Shown here piece by piece: positions 39,401 to 52,114 of a stretch of 64,000 nucleotides of DNA. The first letter of the stretch is position 1. Every line of letters starts with the position of its first letter. The translations under genes were made by a program, and so were the position numbers. Origin of the DNA: Eledone cirrhosa (lineage: Eukaryota). Under the pieces are notes generated by a model that did no database searches, was not told the DNA's origin, and was given only the letters and a program-made list of their open reading frames with translations. Where the stretch lies: the NCBI GenBank assembly GCA_964016885.1, contig CAXHJY010000892.1:34391-98390 (forward strand), written 5' to 3'.

Positions 39401-39568
39401 CTAGAAGTTGATGGAAACCGCGGAGTGGGGAGACCCAAGATGACTTGGGATGAGGTGATAAAAGCCGACCTTACCCAACTACACCTCTCAAAGTCAATGA
39501 CACACGACCGTGACTTCTGGCGTCACGCAGTAATACAGGGTACCCGACCTCCCATGGGTACATGCTGA
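36449..39568 (+). CDS. RTE-clade ORF: APE endonuclease + reverse transcriptase with embedded PHD finger (1039 aa)
   Basis: GTINVGSM, CVQETRW, IAGDFNGH, SQLDFIL, SQHSL (APE). NYRGIKL, QFGF, FVDLEKAFD, GVHQGSVLSPLLF, YADD, KTK, YLG (RT). YGSETW-like HGSETW, RLRWYGHV and GRPKMTW (RTE C-terminus). Confidence 0.97.
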   Translation: MNLRATKHPREAPTQRPSPTSVDKCPKLRVGTINVGSMKGRAGEIVEMLERKEVDVCCVQETRWRGGSARVLVGKSQCYKFFWVGNDDGMGGVGILLADKWVDKVISVYRVNARIIKLRLVLNKTITTIISAYAPQSGLPDELKDRFYESLIHTTALTDDKDFLIIAGDFNGHVGKHCDGFNRVHGGHGVGTRNEEGFRLLEFCDANDMSICNTNFKKPDNHLITYRSGEHSSQLDFILIRGRDRWTVVNTKAFPSEECTSQHSLVVSDLTVRTRRALKQRPTWRRKIWKLKVPSTSNRFKDILLNAYDSKEEQIETFNVEENWEFLKNNLLEATDEVCGWSKTSSRRRVTWWWNNKVDEAVKAKRQAWKEWKNGGSRVHYIETKREARRQVYLARREAEDRKFKHVLQREDQKQEVFKIARQCVRDSCDVIGEKCIRNDKGELALTSAEKKDAWKSHYDRLLNEENAWEEETLPHVDPIEGPAVQVSGSVVSKAIRDMKIGKATGPSGIAAEMLKASGSVGHTITTRIVNQVILEGAIPKDWCSSIIVNCYKGKGDALDRGNYRGIKLMDQVMKVTERVIAQLIRDRVNIDEMQFGFVPGKGTTDALFLVRQLQEKYLAKSKPLYLAFVDLEKAFDRVPRAVIWWALRKLGVDEWLVKAVQAMYRGAVSKVRIGNEYSEEFSVQVGVHQGSVLSPLLFIIVLQAITEEFKTGCPWELLYADDLALIAESMVELENKFQTWKQGLERKGLKVNMTKTKVLISRRENRTQIPSGKWPCSVCRKGVGRNSILCPKCKQWVHKRCSGISGSLIKNVGFTCSSCAETASKQPQETSTTNLWEGPVETVDSFCYLGDRISNGGGCSESTITRVRTGWKKFRELLPLLAAKGFSLRMKGRLYDACIRTAMLHGSETWALKVEDLRRLERNEACMLRWMCNSNIRERQSINELRERLSIRGIKCCVQERRLRWYGHVMRMKDDSCIKRCRALEVDGNRGVGRPKMTWDEVIKADLTQLHLSKSMTHDRDFWRHAVIQGTRPPMGTC

Positions 39569-41284
39569 AGCATATAAACAATATGCCCCCCCCCCCCCCC
39601 CCCACCGCAAGGTGGTCGTGGAGGTGCCACGGCAAAAAAGCACCCAGCCCACACTGTAAAGTGGACGTGTAGGCGCCACGAAAAAGCACCCAGCACTCAC
39701 TGTAAATGAGGTTGGTGTTAGGAAGGGCATCCAGCTGTAGAAATCAAGCCAGATCAGTTCCTGTATGAGCAAGGCATGGTCAGCCGACCAGACACTGCCC
39801 ACAACAGGACAACCCGTCTAACCCATGCTAGCGTGGAAGAACGGACGTAAAACGGTGATGATGATGATATGCATGCTACTGTACGTCTGTATACATATAT
39901 GTATGTACGTATACATACATACTTACATTTAAGTAAGTGCCATACTAAGAGTGAGAAATGAAATTTCGTTTTCATTTTTTTCAACTGTGTATATATATAT
40001 ATACATGTATATATGTGTATATATGTGTATATATATGTATATATGTATATATGTGTATATATATATATATGTATATGTATATATGTGTATATATATATGT
40101 GAGTGTGTATATATATGTGAGTGTGTATATGTATATATGTGCATATATAAATGTATATGCATAGATGTGTGTGTATGTATATATATAGTAATGAGTTACT
40201 GCTTGATGGCTGAAATCTTGCTATTTCGACAGTCAGTTGTTAACTGAATAATTTCTTTCAGCTGTTTTCAAACCCTATCTCATCAGGGGCGGTGTCCTAA
40301 TCTGTTTGCCATACAGGGTAAGTAAAGTAGTGGTTGGATGGGGGGGTTACAGATTAACTTTTTTGATCTCCTGCCTGGTAGCGGTTGCCTCAAGCGGGAC
40401 GACTGAAAATCTCTAGGAATCTGCCTGTTAGTGTGTACTTGTGTGTCTGTGCATTGTGTAACCACCCATTTCAATTATAGGTACAGTTTTGCCAGCTGAG
40501 TGAATTGAATTGGACAACATGCTACCCAATCTGGGAGTCATACTCATAACCTTACAATCGTGAGCCAAACACCCTCACCACAAAGACATATGTTTTATGA
40601 TAAATGAAATAAATAGCAAAACTGACTAAATAATAGTCCTGCAATATGAAACCAAGTATAAATGTGATAAACATTAAGTAAAGAATTATTAGCAAGGCAT
40701 CATAAAAATAGTTTGTTAAATGATTTAGTTTACTTTGGTTGCTCTGTTGGTGTGTGGAGTTGACATTTTGGCTAAATAACATGATAGGGTGAAGGAGAGA
40801 GAGATGAGAAATGAGAGGGGTGTGAGTGAGAGAGAGGAGAGAACTAAAATGATTCCTTTCAAAAGGAAATAATCTGGGAGTTAATGTTTGTACATGTGGA
40901 TGATATTAGCAGGAGGTTGTTCTAGAAGATACATCTGATTTCTCAGATTGTTATTTAAAAAGGAAGGAAATAACATATACATTATACACACTTAGACACA
41001 CGCACACATATATCTATATTACACACATATATATGTATATACATGCACATGTACATCGTTACTCCCATCGTTTTTATCTCTCTTTTTCTATGCTTGCATG
41101 AGTGTGTGTGCATGTATGTATATACTCATACACTGCCCTCTCTCTCTCTGTATACACACACACACATGTGTATGCATAAGCCTTCTGCATTTTATTAGAA
41201 TTTTGTTAGTTTCCGCTTGCTTTGCAATTAGTGTTTAGATTTTTGTAAGTCACCTGGAATAAATTATGTGTAAATTGATAAAGA

Positions 41285-41480
41285 TCTGTGTCAGGTATGA
41301 TATAATTTCAACCAGGTGGCATACTGGACGTCTGTGTCTTACCTGTAGTTATCTGTGTTGAATAGGGTTATGTTGTAGTCAGGTGGATTATAGCAGCTTT
41401 CTCACCTGTAGTTCCCTGTGTCAGGTATGGTTATACCGTTATATATGGTAGTCAGGTGGAATAGAGGGAGTCTCGCCTTC
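41285..41480. repeat. Degenerate ~63-70-bp tandem repeat, 3 copies
   Basis: Recurring ctgtgt..ggt..tat....caggtgg....acctgtagtt. Confidence 0.5.
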
Positions 41481-42217
41481 TCATGTGGTTAGAGATCTAT
41501 AAAATAATTACCAGATTGAAATAAATATTTGGGTTAGCAAATAACTGAAACCAATAAAAGAATACATTCTGAAGAATGTGGGATAATGAGGGAGATGTGG
41601 TTTCTGGCCTGTATTGGAAGTCAATAGCTACGCATAAATACAGATGACCTATTTAACTGTGCTAGTATGGAGAAGGGATTTTAAATGGTGATGATTATTT
41701 CTTCCTCTTATTACCATTGCTAACTTTGTTGTTGCTTGTTTGTTTTTACCAGAAATATTTGTTTTCAAGCAATATTTGCCTTCAGTTCCACTGAGGGACT
41801 TTCAGGTTGTAAACACAAATAAAACAAACTGAATATTTGGAGGTGGGAGTCATCTTTCTTTTTAGCTTACTTTTTCAAGAACGGCTGGCCTTTCAGATTT
41901 TATCAACAAATATTGACTGGTTTTGAATCTGAACACCATGAGTTCAAAATATAGGTTTCTGGCACGCTAAGGTCACAGCCTGGTTTTCTTCCTTGATAAG
42001 ATGCAAGTTCCTCTTTACTTATTTCTTTAATGCACTTAAAAAACATAACAGTGTCCATATATCTCCTATTGCTTCCTCAAATAAACAGTCTTTTGTGCCT
42101 TGTCAGAATAGAAACCAATAGTTTTTAACAAGAAACACTATCACTACTGTTTTTCCTTTTATGAGTTCAACATATGCAATCATGAAAAAACAGTTTAAAC
42201 ATGGCGATTTTGATATC

Positions 42218-42779
42218 TTAACCCTTTCATTAGAACATTTTTAATGAAAGACACTGGCTGTTTTTTTAATAATTTTGAAAATAATCAAGAATTTGATTTG
42301 GATTTAGTAATCTTATTAACTTTCGTATTATTAAGCTGGTGTTTAGAACACAACCAATATTCTTACATAAAATTTATGATGGAAGATATTTTTTGATAAA
42401 TATTAACACCAACCTTTTCATTATCATATTTCTAAAAAGGCACTGTCCCCTATAATTTTTGAATAATTTTGAAAATAATCAAGACTTTCTCATTAAGTTA
42501 GTGTTTGGAATATACAAAGGTTTTTACATAAAATTATGATGAAAGGTTTTTAGATAAATATAAATACCATATTTCTAATGGTTTTCAAATGATTTTTAAA
42601 ATAATCAAGAATTTGAATGGTTTTACTAGCTTTCTCATTATTAAGTTGGTATTTGTAACATAAAGCTTATTACGTAAAATTATGATGGAAGGCTTTTAGA
42701 TAAATATAAACTCTCAAGATAAATAGTTTGTATTGTAGAACGAGGGGTGGTTTCAGACAATTTGTATCAAAAGAGTTAA
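42218..42779. mobile_element. piggyBac-like MITE with three internal ~120-bp repeats
   Basis: TTAAcccttt ... aaagagTTAA. 'ataatcaaga...ttacataaaattatgatg' occurs three times. Confidence 0.5.
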
Positions 42780-43249
42780 CCAAAGTAGAAGGGCAATGGA
42801 CTTTTGCAGAGATTCTGAGATTGGTGAGGTAAAGGACTAAACGATTGTAATAGTTTATCTAGGATTATATTCTTCAATGATACTAGCTTATCTAAGATAA
42901 TAGGGTGTTTTTGAAGATGAAATTTGGTTGCTATTTTTGCCAGGTCAGATGACCATGTAGAAACTGGATGTAGCAGACTGGATTGTTGATGATTCTGAAG
43001 TTGATAAACTGAGCACCACACATATACTAGACTCACTTTCTACACATACACATACTACCCCCCCCCCCCCCACACACACACACACATTATACACATTTTA
43101 CACACACATACGTCATATTTTATTACTTCTCATACACACGTACACACACTAAAAAAAAAAAATCATACATACACACTACACACATTCACCCTACCCACTA
43201 ACACATACATATATCTCAAAACCCATCCATATGTACACCTCTATCCCAT

Positions 43250-43450
43250 GATCCAGCCACGCACACACACCTCTATCTCCTAATCCAGCCACACACATAC
43301 CTCTGCCTCACAATCCAGCCACACACACACACACACACAAACACACTTCTCAATCTCACAACCCATCCAGACACACACACACACCTGTCTCCTAATCCAG
43401 CCACATACACACAAACATACACTTTTCTATCTAACAACCCAGCCACACAT
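43250..43450. repeat. ~35-bp minisatellite (cctctatctc..aatccagccacacac)
   Basis: About 6 degenerate copies. Confidence 0.7.
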
Positions 43451-43802
43451 CTCAACCCTGTCACACATCTCCCTCTAACAATACAGCAACACATCTCTAT
43501 TTAACACACACACACACCTCTATCTCACAGATGTCCAGTTGTGTGATTCATTAGATATTCCTCATTTACATTAGGGTGTCAGTATCCTGTATGTCCGTGT
43601 GTTGGGGGGAGGGGGTTTAGTTATAACACATCAGAGTTGAGAGCAATTGCAGAATGTTTAACCTTTTAAGTACACTGCTTATCTTATGGCATACAGACAC
43701 TACTACCGCCACCATCACTACTACTACTACTATTGTTAGCAGAATATTTCATATGGTTTAATCAATAACTGTTATTTTCACACTATAGCAATGTACATGT
43801 AA

Positions 43803-44160
43803 TAATTGTTTTTACTTTTGGCACAAGGCCAGCAATCATCCCAGTGCATTACTCTTACTTTATTTTATCAACTCCGTAAGGATGAAAGGTAAAATTAACC
43901 TCGGCGGGATTTGAACGCAGACTGTGAAGAGCCGTAACGAAGCCTCTATCATTAAAACACACAAGAAACTACATAAAAGGTTGATTAAAACCTGTAGAGA
44001 TGTAAGCTATATGTAATGAAAAGACTGACACACCTATCAAGAAACACCTATGTCAGGTGGTTTCTTAAATGGGATGAGTTAAACTATGTGGGTCGATAAA
44101 ATAAAGTACCAGTAATGCACCGGGTTATTGCTTGCCTTGTGCCAAATGTAGAAACAATTA
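43803..44160. mobile_element. Two Nin-domain SINE fragments in opposite orientation
   Basis: ggatgaaaggt..aacctcggcgggatttgaac (-) and ggtcgataaaataaagtaccagtaatgcac (+). Confidence 0.7.
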
Positions 44161-45616
44161 TTTTACTTTTTAATTTGTTTAACAACCATCTACTATATAC
44201 AGAAATAGTGAATTAATACAATATCTGTCTATCTACCTACCTACATATATGTCTGTTTGTCTACCTATCTATCTAACTACCTACCTACATAATGCAGCTG
44301 AATAGTTTAGCTTATATCTTTCATTATAAAAAGTATCTTTTTTTTATGGAAACCCATATTTAAATATTTTAAAAGGTTAAATAAAACACGAAGTGGCATG
44401 ATTGATTTACAGTGAAACTATTTGGAGGGAGAATAATTGAACTACATTTTTCCTTATCTAAAGTTTTAATATTCTGTAGAGAACATCAGGCCAAAGTATC
44501 CAGAAAGCATTACATAGTTTAGTTACTATGTACCTTTATTTTCTGCAAGACTGTAATTGGAATTTCAAGACAAACAACACGCAAGCAGCATTCAGAAGGT
44601 AAACAATTCGTTGCTGTTATCGATATTGGGGCAGGTTTATATAAATAAAATCTAACATTATCTTTTCCAATAGAATAATACATAGCATTATTCAAGGAAA
44701 GTAATATTAACACATTCCAGCAAAGATGAGCTGGAGTTGATGAAGGGCTAGGGGAAGCAGGTGTCTTGTTTTTTTTTGCATTATTTACGTCTATTCAAAT
44801 CTTTTGTTTTTATTCTCCTTTCTTTTCTCTCTCTCTCTCAGTGCCTTTCAATTTCTCCAGAAGTTATTATTATAACACACAAACACATACGCACACATAT
44901 ATCCACCTATACACAAACACACACACACACATCTATTCACTTTTTGTTTCAAACTTTCATATTGTTTGCTCCTTTGTCCAGTTAGATTCCCTGAGAATTA
45001 CATTGAATTGTACACATGGTGAATCTCCCTAGGAATTTACGAATTTATATACATCTATACAGACATATATAAATATATGTATACACACACATCATCACCA
45101 TTTAGCAAGGAAAAATGGACGTTAAATGGTGATGATGATGATAATTATGATAGACACATGTATAAATATGTATATGTTATACACACACATATATGAATCA
45201 ATATGTGTACATAACAGTTATTGGCAAATTGTATAAAAAAAAATGTATAAGGGAATGAGCTCCTTTAGATTCTTATTGGAAAAAATGTAAAAAAATACCG
45301 GAAAAAAAAAGCGATTAAAATTCAAGTTGTCATGGGCCAAGTCAGTATTTAATCAGAGCTGCTGACTTCTTAGATGGTAGCTGCATCTTGTTTACACATG
45401 ATCCCACAATCTTCAGGGTGTGTCAGGTGCGTTTTATCATGGCACTAGCACTAGGCAGGATGTTATGTTCACTTGACCATTTGTTGGCCAGTTTTCTAAA
45501 GCTGGATGCCCTTCCGATCAACTATAATCTTATGGATGTTAAATGAGGATAATGATGATACACACATACACACAGAACGAGAGAGAGACAGCTAAATATA
45601 TGTATATATATATATA

Positions 45617-46288
45617 TAATGTATAAAATCAATACAATATAATTACCTCATTACCAGAGGTTTCCCGAATGAGGCGAATACGAAATAAACGACTTCATTC
45701 GTTCGTCAGACGAGGCAATATAAAACATGGGCAAATACTTAGAAAAACACATCAAGAAAATCAAAAAAAATATATAGATAAATGAAATAGAAATTGAAAT
45801 ATATAAAAATCTATCAAGAAAAATAGTTAGGTGTGTGTATGTGTATGTATATACGCTCATAGATGTGCATATATGTATATGTGCACGTGTAAATTTATGG
45901 TTAGAAAGTGTGCGTAATTATAAAAATTTAGGGCAAATGTATCTATATGTCTGTATTATACAGACGGAAATGGTTACTTCGTAAAAATAAGAAAATAAAG
46001 TCGCGCGCATAAAAACGCCTGGACACTCGTACACTTAGATGCGGAAAGAAAGGAGATAAAGAGAGTATAATAAATAAAAGAAAAATATCTATTACGATAT
46101 ATTTATAAAAATATAGTAACGATAAATTAGAAAGACAAGATAGAAAGAAAAAATTAAAGAAAACAAAAAAAGCGGGGGTACATATATTGCCTCGTCTGAC
46201 GAACGAATGAAGTCGTTTATTTCGTATTCGCCTCATTCGGGAAACCTCTGGTAATGAGGTAATTATATTGTATTGATTTTATACATTA
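45617..46288. mobile_element. Non-coding PLE remnant: perfect 106-bp inverted repeats (45617-45722 / 46183-46288) around a 460-bp spacer
   Basis: The arms are exact reverse complements and each contains an HHR. Confidence 0.9.
46189..46260 (+). ncRNA. Type I hammerhead ribozyme (mirror copy 45645-45716, minus)
   Basis: gcctcgt-CTGACGA-a-cgaatga...tcattcg-g-GAAA-cctctgg-TA-atgaggt, with a 7-bp stem I. Confidence 0.88.
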
Positions 46289-46836
46289 AATTTTGCTCTG
46301 ATATTTACATAGAGCACTCTTCATTTCTATGACCTTTTCTGTTTCCAACTGAAATTTCAATACATATATATATATATTTCGTTTCTGAATTTGTTTAGCA
46401 AGATTCTTTATCTGAAATCGTGTGTTGAAACCGATATTGTTATACTTTGGGAGGGTCATGTTGCCAATAAGAAACACACGCACCAGTTGCTTTCACTTCA
46501 ATTTATTATATATTTATAAATTTACAAATCTACAAACTTATACATTTCTGGTTGGTTCCACAACCAGATAGTTATTTATATATAGTCATAGCCCTTTCGT
46601 CACACACTCTGTGACCTCTTCAGTGACTGGGGATTCCTTTCTTTGTTTCTGTGCCTTTCCTTTCTTCTGTCCTACGCCATTTTGTTTCTGTGTGTGTGTG
46701 TTGTGTGCTCAGTTTGCGCATGCGCCACATCCGGGTGTCTGTGTGTGTTTGTGTTCATTTATCTATTTGTTTATTTATTTACATGTTGTTGGTTGGTTGT
46801 TTGTTCTATGTGTGTGTGTGTGTTTTCATTTTGTCC

Positions 46837-48859
46837 TTAATTGTAAGTTGTGATGTTGCTGTTCCACTCATATTTTCTACTTAATTTTGGTTGTAATTCT
46901 TTTATGCTTACTGCCTCTGTAATTTGCCTAAACATTGCATCTTTTCTGTGTGTGGATTCTATTTTTATTTCTATGTTCTCTAATTTACCCCTGTGTTCTA
47001 TCTTAGCATGTTGGTAGAGTACAGATGATTCTTTATTATCTTGAAGGTCTCGCCAGTGTTCATTTATTCGTTCCCCTATACTACGAGCTGTCTCACCTAT
47101 GTACACTATATTTTTGTTTCTACATTGTCCTTCAGTACATCTTATGCTATACACTACATTTCTAGTTTTACAGTTAATATGGGGGCTTATTTTACAGGTT
47201 ATACATTTCTTATCTATACATGAGGGTCTTTGGAACGGGTATGTCTTACTAATAAGTGTTTTTTACGGAGGTACCAGGTCTTTCTACTATCTTAATATTG
47301 AGATTATGTTTATTTAGGGCCCTTCTAAATTTGTAGGCTAGTTCGCCTCTAGGGGTTGTATTGATGAACATTACACTCTGGTATTTATTGCTATCATACC
47401 ATGAGTTTATTCTATTGGCCTTGTTCCTAGTTCTTTCTATTCTATTCCAAAATTTGCTCCTATACAAGGGGCAGGTCCCATTTATGTCATTATTTACCAT
47501 TTTTTCCCATTTGGTTCTGGCTCCTTTATACACTCTGATTCTATCTCTCTGATTGTAGCCAGAGAACTGCATACGGTGGATGAAGTGTTGTATGTGTCTC
47601 TCTAGTTCTTCGGGGTTGCACATGCGGGACACATTTCTCATCACCCGTACCAAATCCGCAATCAGTATGTTGATTTTGGTATGGTCCGAAATGGCCGAGT
47701 TTCGGTGGATCAGATGTTTGGAAGTCATGGGTTTGGCATAATGGGAATGGAGGATTTGTTTTTGGTTGTTAATGGTATCTAACCAGAGCTCTGTGTCTAG
47801 TACAGGTAATCGATGGTTGGGGTGTCTACTTGGGTAGTCTATAGTAACTCTAATGCTCTGGTGGATGGAGTTTGCTATTTGCTGGATGCTTTCCATTGTG
47901 TTTTTCTCTAGTTCCTGACTGTTCTTTAGTGGGGGTGTCTTAACTACGATGTTTATATCATCTACGTAGCGGGAGTACATTATCAGGGTTAAGCTGTCTT
48001 CTAATTGTTCTTTAAGTTTTTGTTTAAGTCTACTGTCCCACCATACCATGAATAAGTTAGCTATGTCGCCTGCAATGCTAACACCAATGACTGCTCCTTC
48101 CTCTTGGGCATATGTTTTTCCATTAAATTTGAACATATGTTCCTTAAGGGTTAATCTTATGCTGGCCCCTACCGCATGTGCAATCATTTTCTTCAGTTCA
48201 TCGTGGTTTTCGGGTGTCCGTATGGCCCTGGTCCACCCGTTCCATCTATCTGTGTGGGTTTTCTTGGCCATTGAGGTAATGGTAGGTGGTCTGCCTATTG
48301 CTGGTCTTGTAGGGCACAGGTTGCTAAGGTCATAAGTCTCTAGGTAACTATTACTATGGGTAAGCTTAAGTAGAAGTCCCAGCTCACTGGTATCAATCCC
48401 ACGGAACTCAACCTTGCTCTCGCTGATCATTTCTACGCATTTCTCCACAGCAAAATCCACGTCAATAGATGGATACAGGGACACAACATCCATACTGCCT
48501 ATTACCGGTTACCCACGCCGATTCTGCCGAGGAGGTCCTCCGTGCTGTCACATACATCTGAGGACATCTCAATGATGGGGCGTATGATCAGGGAGAGGAA
48601 GTAGGACAGTCTGTAGTTACTAGCAATGTTAGCTCCACAGACTGGCCGTGTTGGTGGTCCCGCGACAGGGTCACAGCCCGTTTTATGGTCTTTTCGAAGC
48701 CCATACAACGCCGGCACGTCATTATTCCAGGCCTGGAAGTTGTTGGCAGTCCTTTTGTTGGGCTGCATTATATTCGTCCACATCACCATATGGGCATTGA
48801 GGGCTTTTTCTCTATCCTCATGCTCCTGTGGTGTTACCTCTCTTGTGTTAGTGATGTTA
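46837..48859 (-). pseudogene. Disrupted PLE RT + GIY-YIG ORF
   Basis: ORFs 48502-48894, 47249-48493 and 46837-47154. Confidence 0.92.
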
Positions 48860-48908
48860 GCGTAGGACAGAAGAAAGGAAAGGCACAGAAACAAAGAAAG
48901 GAATCCCC

Positions 48909-48953
48909 AGTCACTGAAGAGGTCACAGAGTGTGTGACGAAAGGACTATGACT
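48909..48953 (+). ncRNA. pLTR hammerhead ribozyme (mirror copy 46584-46628, minus)
   Basis: agtca-CTGAAGA-g-gtcaca-gagtg-tgtgac-GAAA-gg(a/g)c-TA-tgact. Confidence 0.85.
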
Positions 48954-49115
48954 ATATATAAACAACTATCTGGTTGTGGAACCAACCAACCAACCAGGAA
49001 TTTATAAGTTTGTAGATTTGTAAATTTATGAATTTCTAAATATATAATAAATTGAAGTGAAAGCAACTGGTGCGTGTGTTTCTTATTGGCAACATGACCC
49101 TCCCAAAGTATAACA

Positions 49116-49220
<105 letters not shown>

Positions 49221-49731
49221 TATAACTTTGATAGGTTTTGGTCAATATTGTCCCAGGCTATGTCTAACTTAATAGCACCACCTGGATGTATATAATTATA
49301 TATATATGAGAGAGAGAGAAAGATAGCACTTTATGTATATCTCTCACTCTATGTGAACAATTTTTACTACAGCTTCCTCTGCTCCTTAGCTCTCTAGCAG
49401 CTATTGGAATACCAAATACAGTATAAAGGCCATGTAATCTATGTACAGAAGAGGAAGTGATATCCAATAGTCTTAAATCAGTAATATGGTTATTAATTCA
49501 GGCACAAAGCCAGCAATTTTTGAGAGGAGGGGAAAAGTGGATTATAACAACCCAAACACTTCACTTATGCTTTATTTTATCGACTCAGAGAAGTTTATTT
49601 TTCATCCAGGTTTTATATTTAAACAGGAACAGTTCAGTTTTCACTTTTGGATCAGAGTATTGGGTGTAGCTTTCTCTGTTTATATGCATGTGTCTTTCTG
49701 TATATGTATGAGTGTATGTGTAAGTATAATA

Positions 49732-49777
<46 letters not shown>

Positions 49778-50322
49778 CATTTACTCTTTTACCTGTTCCA
49801 GCTGACAGGCTAAGGCTATGCTGGGGCACTGAAAACATTACTATTAATGTTCTCATTATTATTAGTAGTATTTTTATGTTTAATCATTTCACTTTTATTA
49901 ACATCATTTTCCACATATGGTAGCTAGAAATCATTCGGCTACTCTAAAAAGAATATGAGACACCTGATTTTTTCATAGCAAGAAGTTGTTCTTCTCACTC
50001 CACATAATGATGTAATTATCCTTGTACACATCTCAATAGAACGTCTTAGTGTACTACCGTTATGTCTTCCTGTTTTTTAAAGACACTATTTGGTCATAAC
50101 GTTTTTGAAATATTTACGTCTGCGTCTACAGATTTTGATTTTTCTCAGTTTCAGAAGAACCTATTTAGAGTGAAAGCAGAAATTCTTTGCTTAAACTTTA
50201 ATCTGTACTAATAATGAATATTTGCTCTATGGCTTTATCTATACTTATATATATACAATCATTATTGAGCCCTCTTCAGATTTTGGTCTTTGTATTTATT
50301 CAAGAACTTTTAAACTCTATGT

Positions 50323-51262
50323 CAAGGTTTCCCAACCTGGGCGATTTGAACTATCGGGTGGGCGATGAACGAATTTTTAGGAAATGGTGGCCGATCTAAA
50401 ATTCTGGTGGGCGACAAAGGATTTTTGGTAATTAAGTATGTTATTGATCATATAATGGCCGGTATGCTGTAATCACAGAGCTCGGATTCGCTCTTCCCTA
50501 GTCTAGACTAAGGAAGTAGTATCCAGCTGTATGACTGTAATTCATCTGTTTTCAACTGATTCATGTCTAGCAGTTTACGGCTGCCCAACAGCTCGCATTG
50601 GACGCGCACACATCCGCGTGCATCAGTAAGCTAAAACAGGTGATGACGCAAGACCAATGGCAAAACGTGTTAACACTGCTGTTGTCTCGCATCGTGAATT
50701 TCTTCCTTCGCCGATTCCGCTTCTATGAATTCTTTTTTCGAATTTTAACTTCCCTGATGCCTCCGGTAAAGAAAGCTTGTTGCCAGTAGAGCATTGATTA
50801 TTTATCATATGGATTTATTGCTTCTCCTCAGAACTGTCAATTACCCATGTGTCTTCTATGCCAGCAAACTTTGAGCAATGAAGCCATGAAATATCATTTT
50901 GATTTGAAGCATTCTGACAAAAAAGACAAACCGTTGTCATATTTTTTGCAACTTAAGGCCTCTTTCAAAAAGCGGAAAACACTGAACACCATGTTTAGGG
51001 AAGCAACTGTACAGGAAAATGACGGTATAATTGCATCGTACAATATTGCATTACTGGTCGCAAAGACCGGGAAGTCCCACACTATAGGAGAAACATTGCT
51101 TTGACCTGTCATTGAAGAAGTTCTGTAATGCATTCATTTTTTAAGCAACCGTTCTGAATAATACTTTATTTTTGCATCCTTAAAATTACTGCACAGGTGG
51201 GCGATGGGAATTTTTGTGTGTGGAAAAGTGGGCAATAACGACAAAAAGGTTGGGAACCCCTG
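50323..51262 (+). mobile_element. Internally deleted Buster-type hAT transposon
   Basis: TIRs caaggtttcccaacct / aggttgggaacccctg. 8-bp TSD ctctatgt / ttctatgt. Transposase N-terminus YLSYGF..PMCLLC..LSNEAMK..ASYNIALLVAKTGKSHTIGETL. Confidence 0.92.
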
Positions 51263-51732
51263 TTCTATGTGCTAAATTTGTGTTAAATAAATTATGACAA
51301 AAGCAGTTATTTTATTTCTAATGGGCAAGATTCACGAAAGTACATTATTGGAATATATATATGCATATATATATATAGTGTGAATCGAAGTTGTAGCCGC
51401 AATATAGCAGGTGCTAATCGAATTGTTTGAGGCAGCCACAAAGCACACAATGGAGTAAGAAGTCAATATATTATCATCAAGAGTAAACACAGGGTTAATA
51501 AAGTGTGACACGCATTAGGCGAAAAACCGCATTTTAAAGGCATTTTTTAGGCTTCTTTTAGGCGTAACTTAAAGATAATCCAGCCGATTTCCTTGACATT
51601 TGCAGCACACATTACTTAGTCCCCTCGCATTGCTGTGGACAAAAAAATGTCCGATTCCAATAATGGTTTCTAGGAAATTTACGAATTAGCATTGGGCATT
51701 ACATGCCATTTTCATTTTCAATATACATATAT

Positions 51733-52114
51733 ATATTAATAAGAGGAATTCCAACTTTGTCTGATTTACTCATTTTATGTACAATCCTTTAAAATTTATA
51801 ATGGTATTATAATGAAATAGTATGGTAGAATATTAAATGTTAAGTGTTAATTGAACAAGTACTTTCATGCTTTCGCAATCTTCAGGTTCATAATGTGTGG
51901 TGACAGTCAAGTTTGCAATTTTCGCTAATTGCAAACTTGACTGTCACCACACATTATGAACCTGAATATTGCGAAAGCATGAAAGTACTTGTTCAATTAA
52001 CACTTAACATTTAATATTCTATCATACTATTTCATTATAATACCATTATAAATTTTAAAGGATTGTAAATAAAACGAGTAAATCAGACAAAGTTGGAATT
52101 CCTCTTATTAATAT
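51733..52114. repeat. Fold-back (~188-bp arms, 6-nt loop, 4 mismatches) with outward-pointing hammerheads
   Basis: Apex gcaatt-ttcgct-aattgc. Confidence 0.95.
51852..51890 (-). ncRNA. 39-nt minimal hammerhead ribozyme
   Basis: Minus strand: tgaac-CTGAAGA-t-tgc-gaaa-gca-t-GAAA-gtac-TT-gttca, with palindromic stem III. The mirror copy at 51957-51995(+) has CTGAATA. Confidence 0.85.

Larger units (their letters stand above)
35009..39867 (+). mobile_element. Full-length, apparently intact RTE LINE
   Basis: Repeat-built 5' region, uninterrupted ORF, 3'UTR with terminal hairpin and (GAT)4 tail. Inserted in (TA)n with no resolvable TSD. Confidence 0.95.

Noticed and set aside
40210-40292. CTGATGA...GAAA on the minus strand
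   Set aside because: Stem II is plausible but no stem I partner was found.
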